Origin: Azolla caroliniana
Taxonomy: Eukaryota; Plantae; Polypodiophyta
Assembly (NCBI GenBank): GCA_043228905.1
Contig: JBHGNT010000020.1
Coordinates: forward strand, 248,001-312,000
Length of the DNA stretch: 64,000 nt
Direction: 5' to 3'
The notes under the pieces are model-generated. The model searched no databases and was not told the DNA's origin. It was given only the letters and a program-made list of their open reading frames with translations. The translations under genes were made by a program, and so were the position numbers. Below are positions 27,747-42,200 of this stretch, piece after piece; within the stretch, counting starts at the first letter, position 1; each line of letters begins with the position of its first letter.

Positions 27747-30404
27747 TTTGTTGTTTACGTGGAAGTACAAGGTTCGAATCTTGCCCTATGCACATAATAA
27801 ATACTTTTTAATATTTTATTCTATTTATTATACATACTTTAAATCGGATATAGTATTTTACATATTTCACGTAGTGTGTGATTCACACTACGACAACGTC
27901 TTTTGGGTCTTTTTGCTTGCTTCCCATGCAATTCTGGGAAGTCGATATGAGGAACTTTTTTGAACCTTACGCATGTATTCAACAACCCTTTCCATGGCCA
28001 TGATCTCAATGGGAAGCGATCCCATCTCAAGGAGGAGGGTGTAGGGTGTTTGTTTCTCAACTTGTAGAAACTTTGTAAGAAAATATTTTTGGACATTTTC
28101 AAAGTCTTTCCACATATATTTAGGGATGATACCACCCCATAGAGAAGCACCAGTGTCACCAAAGTGTCGAAAAGATATTTCTTCAGGACCCAACACTTAA
28201 TATCTCCATGATTGCATGTGTTCTCAAATGCATAGTATGCTTGCTTACCTGCCTCTACGCGGCGTGTTGCACATTCATTCCATCTATGATTTGAAGGAAC
28301 TTCAAGGCCAAGATATTTCAAGCTTTCCACACATTCAAGTAGCTCATTATTATACATAGTGCATGGTTTATCTCTTTTTTGGCTCTTCACAAGCATAATC
28401 TTTGTTTAAGAGCTATTGACACTTAATTTAGTATGCATGCAATTTTTTTTTCAATGCCTTCATAAGCTTTTGTGCGTCTCCAAAAGTATTTGCAAAAAGC
28501 ACCACATTATCCACATATAGCAAAAGCATAATGACAATATTTTCAATGATAACTTTTTCAACACATTCTTCCTTTACAAACTTGGCAACCATTTCTTCCA
28601 ATTCATCAATGCATAGACCAAATAGTGTTGGTGAGAGTAGGCATCCTTGCTTAACACCAATAGTGCTATTGAAAAAAATCTGAAAGTCTATCTCTCATAC
28701 ACACAAAACATATAACCTTCTCATATATTCGGGAAATTGCAAGCATATATTCACTAGGCACCTCGAATTCTTCCATTCACCTCCAAAGATGCTCACAAGG
28801 TACCATATCAAAAGCTTCCTTGAAGTCTACAAAGCAACAATATAAACTTTTATCTTTAAGGCGACTTTCCTCCCATTAATACTCGTAGGGTGACAAGGTG
28901 ATCAATGGTGCTATGGTGTTTTTCGAAATTCAGCTTGTCCATAAACTCTCTTACAAAAATTTTCAGCCCATACACTTATCTTTGATTCCATTATACATCC
29001 AAATAGTTTTGCCATTAATGAACCAAGAATGATGGTTTGATAGTTGTTTCCATTATTTACATCTCCACCTTTATGTAAAGGTTTGATCCAATTTGTAGTC
29101 CAATCATACGACATATTATGTTGCAATGAATCATTAAACATATCGTTTATCCATACATGTGCTTCCTTTCTCGTCCCTTTGAGCATTTTAGCCTTTATAC
29201 ATTGAAGATCGCTTGCCTTTCAAGAGGCTAATTTATCTTCAATTGTAAAGAAGGGAGACATATGTGAAAGAGCACCATAACACATCATCTTTTCGGCAAG
29301 AGATAACTCATATAAAGTCTTAGAATGCATAGACAAGTCGTGAAGAGTTAAGCTACCATAACTCTCAACACGTTTCCCCTTTAAATTTCCCCAAAATTTA
29401 GCACATGCATGTGCTTTCTCTTGCGTTTAGAGAAATTGTCGAGTTCCCATATTCTTCTCTTTCTTTGAATAAGCCTTAAATTTATACTTACGCAAATGTT
29501 TTTTGTAATCTTCTTTATTTCCTTAACTACATTCAAAATCATAAGACACTTTCAAGCTTCACGACATTCTTTATCAAACCTTTTTTTTTTTAACTAAATT
29601 TCTTGGTGCATTTCCAAGATTTGTAGTTGGTCGAAAAACATTTGTTTGTACATTAGAGAATGACTTCCTTGAAAGCTTCCCATTTGCATTCTAATGTGGC
29701 ACCATGTTGTATCTTTGTCATTTGTAACATATCCTCAACCATCTTGGAATACATGGGCGCTTGCTTAATGTTCATGCTCAAGTGCGGTTGTTTGTTATCT
29801 TCAATGGCCTTTTCACAATCAAACTTATGCATATATTTGAGGTCAATACATAACGCCCTATGATCGGATTATGGTGTCCATTTACCAAGTGAGAATTTAT
29901 GTATACGATCCAAAATAGCTTCGGAAAGTAGTACATAGTCAATCACACTATTTCTATTGTGTTTTCTACATGTAAAACTATTAGTGTTGGGCCATAAGGA
30001 AACACCATTTGCAATACGCAATCCAGTACTATTGCACATTTGTAGTCCAATAACTTCCCAAATTGGTCTGGATCTTTTTCATCACTAGAAGAGCGGTTAT
30101 ACATTCGCATATCCTCTTGCATCCTTGAGATATGTGGCATGAAAGATTCTTGTGCATCAAGTTGGAAACTTCTTGCACGAGCATTCATGTCACCAAAGAC
30201 AATAACTTCCCCTTTGTATTTGAAATAAGCAATATCATCTTCTAGATTGGCAAAAGGTTGGTCTTTATCCAAACAAGCATAAAGTTAGAATCTTGATGAG
30301 GAATGTAATATCTAACTACAAAAGTGGGCAAATTATTAGGTGTTTCTATTTTGAGCCATATATAGCATTTATGTACATCATTTTTTATGATCGACACATT
30401 TTCT

Positions 30405-32232
30405 TGTTAGGTTTGTTGTCCATATTTCTTAGTGTGTAAATGGGCCTTGGACGCCTAAAACTTGTATTTTTTAAATATAGCGTGAAAAGGGGTCACACAA
30501 GATGACGTTAGATATCTATACTCACTTTTTGAGAGTGAGTTAAAAAGGGGAAAACATGCATTTTTTTGCAGCAGAGAAAAAAACTAATTTTAGAGAGCTC
30601 ATACTCTCTTTCTTGGCTCATTCCTTCAGCACTCTCGAGTACACCAATAAACGCCAACATTCGGACATCACCGCCTCCATTACCAGCCACATGCTGTGAG
30701 TTTTTGGTGGTTGTTTTTGTGTCTTTTCTGTTGGGTTTAGTTGTTGAGGAAATATCATATTCCTTGCTTTCTCATAGTACTCTAACTTGTTTAGAGTAGA
30801 ACTTCGGTGTATAAGATCTACATTGATAGTGGATTATTTCTGGACTAGGTCCCATGGTATTTACCTCTTTGAGGGTTTTCCACGTTAAAATTTGCGGTGT
30901 ATTGTGCATAGTGTTTGTTGTGTATCAATATAGCACAACATAGTTTCTGCACAACATAGTTTTTGTCTCGTTCTCTTTCAATAAGCTTGCACAACATAGT
31001 TTTTGTCTCACATAAGTGATTAAGTGCTATTAAGTTTCCGATCAAGTGGTATCAAAGTCGAGGATTAGCACTTTCTTATGGAGGCAAATTTTCCACAATG
31101 GTTTGCTTGAACGGCACCAACTACCACAAATGGAAAGGTAAGATCAAAGATCTTCTTTTTGTGAAAAATCTACACTTATCTGTTTTCGCAGTCACGAAAC
31201 CGGAGAGCAAAACCACCGAGGAATGGCTTTTCGGGAACCAACAGGTATGTGATTTTATTTGACAATGGGTAGGAGATAATGTCTTAAACCATATTGTGAA
31301 TGAAACGGATGCCAAAGCTCTATGGAATAAACTCGAAACATTGTACGCATCAAAGACAGATAACAATAAGTTATTTTTGCTTAAACAAGCGATGCATTTA
31401 GTGTATAAAGAAGGTAGATCATCTAAATGAAATTCAAGGATGTTTCGACCAACTTTTTGGTATGGGAGTGAAATTTGATGATGAGATTCTTGCATTATGG
31501 TTGTTAAACACTCTCCCTGATTCATGGGAAACTTTTAGGGTATCTCTAACTAATGCAGCCCCAAACGGAATTGTGACTATGGAATATGTCAAAACCGGTG
31601 TTCTAAATGAGGAGATGTGACGAAGGACACAAGGGACATCGTCACATTCAGAGGTCTTGATTATTGAGAGAGGGAGGGGTAAGCATACAGGCCAAGGTCA
31701 AAACAACCGAGGGAGAAGTAGAAGTAAATCATAACCAAGGTATAAAAATCTAGAATTTCATTTTTGTAGTAAGACACATAAAGAGGTATTGTTACAAATG
31801 GAAAAAGGAGAACCACACATCTAATGGTACGCATGAAAAGAAAGGTAACGATGATAATTCTAATCGTGTTAATACAACTTCCTCAGATGATTTACTAGTT
31901 GTTTACAATGAATCGTGTTAATACAACTTCCTCCCATAATTAATCTTGCTTACAATGAAACTAATTGGGTTGTTGATAGCATGGCATCATTCCATGTCAC
32001 ATCTAGAAGGGAGTTCTTTACTTCTTATACTTCAAAGGATTTCAGAGTTGTGAAGATGGGCAATGATGGCCTTCCAAAGGTGGTAGGCACCAAGACTATT
32101 TGTTTGGAGACCAACATGGGATAAAAATTGATTCTCAAGGAGGTAAGACATGTACGAAAGATTAGTTTACATCTTATCTCAACTGGCAAGTTAGATGATG
32201 ATGGCTATTGCAACATCTTCAATGAGGGACAT
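30405..32232 (+). mobile_element. 3'-truncated Ty1/copia (Tork/Tto1-like): LTR, PBS, gag, protease
   Basis: LTR tgttag(30405)...gatca(31044); tRNA-iMet PBS TGGTATCAAAG 31047-31057; gag LNGTNYHKWKGKIKDLLFVK..LWNKLETLYASKTDNNKLFLLKQ; PR WVVDSMASFHVTSRREFFTSY..LISTGKLDDDGY. Confidence 0.88.
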
Positions 32233-32248
32233 TTAAAACATAAGAAAT

Positions 32249-32950
32249 AGCTACCATGAGAGAGAGAGAGAGAGAGATTACCAAAAGAGAAAAGAGAGGT
32301 AGAGATTTTAGTTGTCCTCAAACATTTAATATGAGCTATGGTACCAAAAGTAGAATATCTTCATGCAGTGTACAGAGTTAAACAATGACTCTCAACATTT
32401 AATAAATTTACCATTAAATGCTGCAATTGCAGCACATGTTAAGATGAAAGAATGCACATGTGCAATGATGGACTATGGGTCAATGAAGTATGCAAATCAA
32501 ATTCCAATGCAGTCAGATTTGGGAAAAGTACACATGTCATAAACCCTGCAACAATTCATCTCCAATCGAAGAGAAAATGAACTAAGTTATAAAAAAGCAA
32601 TGGTGTAGATAGCAACCAATGGGACAGGCTCTAACATGTAGCAATGAGTAAATACTTCTCAATCAAAGGAGGTTTCAACATTAACCTCCTTATCTATATA
32701 AGCCTCCCTATCTTTCTTAATTTGTCAATGCATTCGGTAAGGAATATATTGATGCACATCATCTTTAAAATCTTTTCTTCAAAACCTACATACATTTGGA
32801 ACTTAATAGAAGTGATGCTACCTGCACAAGAATGTGTGGCTTCTAAGCATTAACTTGAAGAAACTTCACAAGTGATTTTAGAAATTTTCAAACTCTTTCC
32901 ATGCGAACGAGTGATTGAATTGTCAAAAAAGTATAGCTTGAGTCAAATTA
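32249..32950 (-). mobile_element. Degenerate LINE 3' fragment (family 1) with (TC)n tail
   Basis: Similar to 25711-26150; left end shares agctaccatgag + microsatellite. Confidence 0.55.
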
Positions 32951-33296
32951 CGCCCTCTTTCCTTTTTCCAAGTGGTGAATAGCTCACTGTTTGCCAATGG
33001 CTCAGACTCACTAGGTCTCGTTAGTAATGAATCAAAAGAGAGACAATACCCTAGTTTTGTACTCTCCTGATTTGGTCAGTGTATCTCTTGAGAAATATTC
33101 CTTGGTCAATAGATCTGTTCTGTGTTTGATTCGCAAAATCTAGAAATAATTTCAGTCATACACAAGAAAAGGAGTTATACCGAACTTATTTCATCCAATT
33201 TCAATTTGAAGTAAGCATTTTAGTGGTCTAAACGAACTTTCATAAACATCATCTTTAGTTGCCTAGTAAAATACTCATACAGATTTGGCATATTGT

Positions 33297-36200
33297 TCAT
33301 ATCATCCACAATTCATACAACCCTTTAACATCTGGCACTTCACCTGACTTCAAAGCGAGCCTATACATAGATTTTAGTTTTTCAACGTCACCACCACCTT
33401 GGCCAGATTTTTGCACATCACTATTCTCGATGCACACCGGATTTCTAGTTGTCTGCTCTAGTGAGTTCTTTTTGTGCATTTTCTGAGATGTAGCTAGCAT
33501 GCTCTTCAAGAGGGATCGTAGTTGTTCAGAATACATTTCTAAAACCCTTTCAGATGGCTTTGGGAACTCTTTTCCATCAAAATTCTCATTTGGGGTTGAC
33601 CTTGTGTCTTCTGAAAAGTTAACATGTCTTCCCTCCAATAAGTCGGAGAGAGCCACATCCAGCATCTATTAGAAGAAAAGAATGTCAATAACCAATAAAT
33701 TTCGATATGATTTTGGAAAACCAATAAATCAATCTCATGACAACTTTTGAACACAGATTGTTAAAAGACAGAATTTAGACATAAAGAGCAAGAACAGTTT
33801 TTGTATGTTTTTGATATCCAATGCCAATACTGAATTTAACTATTTTCTAATATATACGTTAAAAGACCAAGCCACGGCAGAACATAAAGACTTGGATATC
33901 CAACAAACAAATGTTTTTTTTTATGGAATCTAGAGATCAATTCTAGACACCAGAAACTATCAAATGCCAATGGAACTAGTTTTGTAAAAATGAATATATA
34001 ATTTGAAGACCAACATCATGTTTTAAGGCATATTCTCAAAAACCAACATAAGACAACATCATGTGCAACATTTGACCACAATGTTTTTATTGTAAAAATT
34101 CATATGAAATCTAAATAGAAATCTGAAATTCTTGTATGTTTGGAAGTATCTTGTGCCAATAGATCTAACTCTGCTACAACAAAAAATAACAAATTTATTT
34201 CAACAAAATTTAGGACAATCCAGTTAAAATGTTGCTAAACTTAAAATTCGCGTTCACCAATTTGTTAGCATTTGAAATCCTTAAACTCATGCTAGGCCTT
34301 TCTTACCAGCTCCAATGATCATCAGCGCAAATGGACATTTATGAAATAAGTGAGACCTCAGTAAGTCCTGACCCTAGGGCTGTAAAATAGCACCAGCCCT
34401 CACCATTACAGTGTGTGATAGAAAGAACAAAAGTAAATATTATTGTCAAACTGTTGTAGCTCTTTCGAGGGTAACTCCTCTATGACATGCACTACTGTGT
34501 GTCTAGCTCTAGAGGATGGGTGTGGGCTGCGCTGTGCCCTGCGAAGCATTGAGAGGCAGGTGATCCTATACTTTGACACCAAGTCAAATCAAGACAAAGG
34601 TGTTTATTGCCAATACACCTCGCAAAACTGCAGTTATCCTCAAATCACAAGGGCCTTCTTGCTCAAACTTTTCAAACCCATCCTTATATAACCTTCTGAT
34701 TTTAGAAACTCTCGGTCACCAATTATTTACCTATATAAGTTGATAATTGTCTTGCAAAATCATTAAGAGACCAATTGGGAGGGCTTTTGAGCAATTCATC
34801 AGCTCTGCCACTATCCTCTATATTTTGAATGCTGGCATTGTCTCTTAGGGAGGAAATGAATTGGATTGATTTTAAGACCCCCATCTACCAAATAATATGT
34901 AAAGCCTTAAATTTAAGAATCTTTCACTGGCAAATTGTTAGCTATGGGTTGTGATGTGTGCCTTCGAGAGCATAGGTCAACTTCAGTGAAGATGGACATC
35001 GTAATCATAGGGATAGCTTAAGTAGACTTAAGTCCTGGGCTAACCTAATGATTCAATCATGGCGCGCACACCCAAACAATGCTATTTGATTGTAAGTAGT
35101 GAGTGTTAGATATAATCATGATCAACCCCAAGTTGTCAATTTATCCCCATATGTACTCTTAGAGTGCACATTTTGTGATAGCGCCCCAAATGAGGAGTAG
35201 CTATTGTGCAACTCGATCATATGAGTTGGTAAGGTGTCAATCTAGGAAACCATATTTAGGAAAGAGCGAAGTAGACTAATAGGATTGGCTAATCAAGTGA
35301 ACAAGAAGAATATTTTGTGGGCAAGTTATGATGTACTTACTCTTGAAGTATGTGCGATTGACTTTAAGATAAGTACTATCTAGCACTAGCTTATATCTAG
35401 GGAGCTGGGTCATATTAAACGACAAGTCAGTTAACAGAAAAGGAATATCTCCACTACTATCAACTGACTTGCACATTTAACGTTACACTCAGACCAAACA
35501 GAGAATATAATCCACTCTCTTACACGGTGGCTGTCACCATTATCAGTCCCCACTAATTTTGTAGTGAGCTGGTCCAGATCCCATCTAAGCTCTAAGGTGT
35601 GAGCGCATGGGTGAACTACCATTGTGAGCTACTCTCATACGTAATAGAAGTTTGTTTTCATATATCCATCTCTGTGATTGTAATTCTATATGTCTATCTA
35701 ATCGATTCTCAATATTTGTAACAGTGAGCTTCGATGGAACAAGTATGACAACATGCCCACACTCAACCTGATTAGTAGTTAAATTCTTAGTCACTATTAT
35801 GAAGTAACATGGAAAAAATACTTAATTAGCACATAATTAATGAGACGAACAAAGGTCATAATGAAGACAAGATGCTTAACTCAATTCGCAGAAGAGAGTG
35901 ATAAACTTGAGAATAGAACTGAGCTCGACTACAGGGAGATAATACAATAACTTAGGGTTACCTAAACCAACAACCACTTTCTAAGAACTAAACTTACAAT
36001 TTATAGAGGAACAAAAGTTATTATGAGCACAAATAGCTTAACTCTTAATTAATGGAAGAGAGTGATACGCATAGAAATCGGAGTGAGTCTCAACCACAGG
36101 GAGATTACAATAACTGAGGATTGACTAAAGCAACAAAAGATTTGTAAGTGCAAAACCTACATTTTATATAGGTTGAGGGGGCGTTTGTTTCCAAGAGGAA

Positions 36201-39200
36201 TGTGCATTGATTGGCACCCATCATAGAGAATCTCTTTGTCCTTGTGTGCAACCCATGAATGAGCCTTAATTACAAGATCACCAGTTAAAGACCACCCTAA
36301 CAGTGATCAAGCTTTATTCTGATCAGTGACAAATATCCACCATATTTGATCGCTAACTAAGACTAGCATGTATGTCATCAAAACAACTCGTCGAAAATGA
36401 AGAGAATCATTGGTGGTACGCTGAAATATAAGAATGGTTCCAATGCAGGGCATAAGTATAAACACACGACCCCCACTCCAATATAGCGTGGATTGTCCAA
36501 ATCTGAACATGACTAACGTAGAAAAGAATAGAGTGATTCAAGGCGATATCATTAAATTGAATAATGAAAGAACATGGATCAGCCCCACAACATCTGTTGG
36601 CAGGAAGAAGGCCCACTATAAGGCACTCTTTTTACGCATGTTGCAGGATGGATAATATATAGAGACTTCTTGTGTGTGTATATATATATATATACAAGAA
36701 GTCTCTGCTCTGTATTTCATACGAATGCACATGTATCTCATGTAACATGGTATGATAGCTCAGAATCTCTTCACATCAGTTAGAAACTGAGATAGGTGGA
36801 TATGAACTCAAGTCTATGGAAGAATAGATTTTTCTAACTGTGTCATCAAGGGGTGGAATTGAAAGAACGTTATGTCTGCCATTGTGCTGCTTTTTATGAA
36901 ATAAGAGAGAGAAGTCACTATCTCTTCAAACAAGGCTTTGGCCCACTATAAAAGGTAATGGAATACACAGACCAACAATGTTTGGGACTGTTCATGCTAT
37001 AAAACTCAAGAGACATAGAGAGAAGTTGTTGGACAACAAGATAACCACAACAACTCATCAACAGAGAATAACACCGACTTTCTTTAGCTCCATCACTCCT
37101 CATGCTACAAGTCAATCAAGGATAACATAAGTAGGATCTAGACCAAGACGCTCAAAAGGAGTTCAATAGTTCATGCAATAAGAATTTTTCATACAAACAG
37201 GTCATGACCATCTGGACACGGCCTTGACACCCTTGTCATTGACAAATAAAGACCTTTATCAACCAGCACTATAGGTGCTTCCCTCACTTCAGAGATCTTT
37301 CCATCTTGTAATGGCCCATATTAGAGATCTTTCGAAGGCAGAAGTTCCAATCTAACTTCAGAATCTTAAATTCTTAAACATCTAGATTCTTTAGTACCCA
37401 ATGTTAAGTTATATTTAATTAGGTTTATTCTCTCCAAGCACTGAAGGTGCTTCCTTTGCTTCGGGGATCTTCCAATCTTGGTGCGTCACGTGTTGAAGAT
37501 CACTAAAGGCTGAAGTTTCAGAATCTGAATTGCTGAGGTACTACATTTTTTAGTACCCCATATTTAATTTCGTTTATTTGGTTTGCTGTTCTCAAAGACG
37601 AGACAACATTTTCTGAATATATCCTTTGTTTGGACTTGTAAGCCATTTTGGCCTTTTAAAGAAGTTAATGTCTTTTTTCCTATTTGGGATTTAGATTGTG
37701 CTCCTTGGCAGTTAGGGTGTGCCAGAATTGAGTATATTTGCAGAGAGAAATGGCTGCTGTTCCGACAGGCAGGATTTGGAAAGGGATTGACAACTTTGGA
37801 TCACATATTGACCCTCTGAGCCCTTATCAAGGAAGGCAGAGCCCATAATAAGAGGATTCACTGCAGCTTTGTGGATTTCCGAAAAGTCTTTGACACTGTA
37901 AAATGCACTTGGCTTATGCAATGGCGAGAAGCCCTTGGAATCCCTGTAGATATGCAATGGGGAATCAATGCACTGTATGAATCCGTTTCAGGAAAGATGC
38001 AATCTCCCAAGGGGTTGTTGGAGGCTGTGGCTACAACACTTGGAGCAAAACAAAGATGCCCACTATCATCCCCTCTCTTCAGTCTCTATATGGATAAGGT
38101 AACTCATTACATAGAGAGATTTGGGGGTGTTGGAGCATGCTTAGCAGGGACAGCTATACAAATATTACTATTTCAGGCAGCTACATAAATATTACAATTT
38201 GCTGATGATATTGTTCTCATTTCTGACTCTCCGAAGGAACGACAAAGATAACTATTTTGTACGGACAAAGGTTTGTCAATAAACATGAATAAAACTAAGG
38301 CCATAGTATTTAGCACCACTCAAACATGGGTAACAAGATTAGAACCAGAATAATTCTTGGGAAAGGAAAAGGTGGCATACATACACTCCTACACATACCT
38401 AGGAGTAACATTTATAGGGCCTAGGTCCTCTTTATGGGAGGCTGCTTGTGCCCGACTTTGTCAAGGATATGCAACCCTTGGAGCTCTCAAAAGACAATGT
38501 GCACATTTGCAGTTCCGAGAGCCACAAACTAAAATGTGGCTATTTGATAATACTTCTGACACCAACACTTCTCTATCAAGTATGTGGGGACCGAGACTAA
38601 ACAACGCAAATAACTGCAAAGATTTAGAAAGAACTTTCATATCAATCGTTGACATAATCATGGCAGAGATGGGAGCAGCCCCTATAATCATTGAGGCAAT
38701 ATTCCGATCAGTGAGCTGTATCCAACGACTTTGGGAGCTCCCTGAAAGGAAGGTTGGCTGGCACTTATGTCATCAAGACAACTTGCTGAACATGGAAAAA
38801 TTCATTGTTGGTATACTGAAATGCAACAACAGTTTGAGTGACATGGCATAAACATAACTGCATTACTCCCGTTACATCTAAACATGATCAAAGTGGAAAA
38901 GGATAGAGTGATCCAAACTGATATTATTAACTCGGAAAACAAGATAACATGGATTAGCCCCAAAATATCATTCGGTACGAAGATGGCTCACTATAAGACT
39001 CAGTTTTTTACACACATCGGAGGATGGATTCGTCATCAAGCCATCATATAGGGACATACATCTATCCTATGTGCTGTGCAGTGGGATCAGGGAGTTCATC
39101 GCATCAGTTAGAGATTGAGGTAGGGAGATATACAAGAATACCTCTAGAAGAAAGAATTTGCCAATTGTGTCGTCAGGGAGTGGAGTCTGAAGAACAATAT

Positions 39201-42200
39201 GTCATTGCAATGGTTTTTAATGACATAAGAGGAGCCACCATTGCCTCTTTAAGCAAGGCTTTGGCCCACTACGCAAGGTAACGAAATATGGGGACCACCG
39301 GTACATGGGGATTTTCTTGCTAGAACTCAAGTGACACAAGGAAAAGTTGTCGAAGGACAATAGTACAATCACACAAGCTGATCAACAAAGAACAATCACA
39401 ACTTTCTTTCGCCCCATCACCCCATTCATGCTACAAGTCAATCAAAGGCTACAAAAATGGACTCCCACCAGGACATTTCTAAGGGGTTACAATAGATCGG
39501 GCAATAGTAATTTGTCGGGCACATATGCCCTGGCCTCATGGACCAGAATCTCACCACCCTTATCATCAGCTAACAATGACAATTATCTTCAGTAATTGCA
39601 GGTGCTTCCCTCACTTTGGAGACCTCTCAATTCTGACTTCAGAATCTTACATGTACCGATAACAAGATTCTTTAGTCTCTTTTTATCTGATTTTACCTTT
39701 GTAGAAATTTTATTTATTTTGATTTATTGTTTTCAAAGACAAGACAACTTTGCAGATGTAATCCCTTGTTTGGTCTTTTATAGGCCATTTTGGCCTCCTA
39801 AAAGACGTTAATAAGTCTTTCTTCCTTTCTTTCTTTCTACATATTTTAACAGGACGTGCTCATATTTTTTATTTCTCTTCCACAATTAGAGCTTTCGATA
39901 GATGTCTTAGAGATCCAATTTGCATATGTCAGAGTTCATGCATAACAAATAATGCGCCTCTAATGTGTCACAGTATTAGTGTGCTTTCAGACCAAATAGT
40001 ATTAGCATGCTGATCTGTTACAGTTTTAAGATGAACAAGCATGTTCCAATGCCCTTCAGTCAAAGAAAAAATCGTTTCAATTTACTCAATGAACAATCTA
40101 TAAAGTGATATATCATGTACGAAGCAATATAATAACCCTACCCTCTAAATAGATTACCCATATGGTGTTAATATTTCATCGCATCTTACATCTTAGCATT
40201 CAGCAGATTATAATTAACTTAAAGAAAACAAGCATGGACTTGTACATACCGAGACAGAACCTGATGACGAGGATACTGCTGCATTCAACGCTGATTTCTG
40301 CATCAATATCTCTAGAAACATATCAGGGTGAATGGATGCCCTGTAATACTTCAAAGCTTTAAGCCAGTGTCTCTCTGCAAGAGATAAATATCGTTTTAAC
40401 TGCTGATGGGAGGCTGATTCAGTTAGTATCCTCATTTCAGACTTAATGATAGCAAAGCAGCAATCTCTGTGATAGCAAGCAAGTTGAAAATGCGCAAATG
40501 CTAATTCTTGTGCTCGAAGGTTACCAAGCATTTCATACAAAGCTATAGCTTCCCTAATGGCACCATTAGTAGTAATATGGATTTTCTTGTATTGTGGCAT
40601 CTGGTTATCCATAGAGTCAACATCTAAAAATTCACTACATTTATTAACAGTTGGAAACCTAGACAATAAATGCCCACATTTATCTTCTCTTGCAAGCAAC
40701 ATGCCTAATCTCAAATATGTATGAGCACATTGTGTCAATACTTCATTGCGTAGGCCAATACTTTCACTATCTGGAACTTCCGTTAGTAACTTCAACTCTG
40801 TTTTCGCTGTATTATAGGATCTCAATGCCTCTGTGTATTGAGACACCGCATCATCAAAAACTTTCTTCAAAATCTGTTCATATAATTCACCACCTTTCCA
40901 GGAATCCAATTGTGCCACTAAAGCTTCAGCTGCTGCTCTTTGACCATGCCCAATATTACAATATATTAGAACAACATTAATTTGATCTTTGGCATCTTTG
41001 AATGCACCTATAGCTTTATCAAACATCACCTTTGAATCCTTAATATTTCCAGAAGCCAATTTCATACGGCCAATTTCGTTATAGGTCCAACCCTTCTTCT
41101 TCAAACCTGTTTTCATCTCCTCTGATCCTTGCAACATCTTAGAGAATAGGAGTACTGCAGCATCATAACACTCTGCTGCATTTTCAAGGTATTCCTCCTT
41201 ATTAAAATCATGTGGACCATCTAAGAAAGAGAATATATCAGATTTTTTCTTTTTCTCTGGTTCAATCTCTTTGACTTCAGCTCTCTCTGCAGATAGATTG
41301 GCATCCCTACCAGTTTTCACATCAAAATTATCTTGAGTTGGTAGCAAAGAGACGTCATGTTTCAGAGACTGATGTATACATTCAGACGTGAGCTTGTTCT
41401 TTTCCAAGCTATCTAAACTGTCAAAATTTTCTTTCTTACCATGCTTACGAGCCTTTCTTGTTGTTGTCACAGGGCTACTACTGCTGGCATTTCTACCACT
41501 GCTTGCTCTATCACTTTCACAACTACATCTTACTAAGCTACAAACAGTACAATTTTTCTTGTTTTGGCTAAGCTTTTTCCTGAGGCGCTTCACTTCCTTA
41601 ACAACTTCTTGTGCCATTGTGAGTTCATTATATTTAGGTTCTTTCTCTTCGGTAAAACCGCTGCTTTTAAGTCGTTGATATTCAACATAGATGTCACCAA
41701 CCAGAATCCAGGCCTGACCCCAAAATAAATCTTTGTCTGCACCTATTTGTGTGGACGAATCTTGAAGAATCGGTTGACAGAATGCTCGAGTATCATTATC
41801 CAATTGCATAGACATGTCCAAATTTGAAGTATATGATGTGGGAACAGGTAACCAATGTGCAATTTGCTCATCAGAAACATAAGTATTGTCATTCCAGTGA
41901 AGAGGCATGGATTCATACACAGAGCATGACAGCTCCACCGATTTTAATGCCCACTTCAGTTGCCCATCATCTTTATATGCTTGACCCAGAGCAAGATACG
42001 ATTCACCAAGAAGTAAAACAAGTTGCACCAGCTTTCGGTCCATAAAAGGACCAAATTCACATTCTCTAATGTCATAATACTCAATACAATCTATTTCGCC
42101 ATAAGCACATACTGGAACCAGATGAATATATCTCTTTGCTTCCATTGCCTTTCTTTCAGATGCAAAGACTTTACCTTCAACATCTTGGAGCTGCCTCTGC

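Larger units (their letters stand above)
25720..30400 (-). mobile_element. Near-full LINE ORF2 pseudogene (APE-RT-CCHC), family 1, interrupted by nested LTR pieces at ~26286-27890
   Basis: APE (VIVFGDMNAR; IDYVLLS), RT (IKPLHKGGDVNNGNNYQTI; CFVDFKEA; GVKQGCLLSPTLFGL; LLYVDNV; KYLGLE). C-terminal MRLSSHAL*CEIGHW..RLCTLC..REFEYHTLIQC at ~25960-26090; (TCTA)n tail at ~25722-25740. Confidence 0.88.

Noticed and set aside
27755-27800. tRNA gene or SINE (GGTTCGAATC B-box at 27771-27780)
   Set aside because: No A-box at suitable spacing and no cloverleaf visible.
27886-27897. CACTA transposon terminus (CACTACGACAA)
   Set aside because: No matching opposite terminus or subterminal repeats found.
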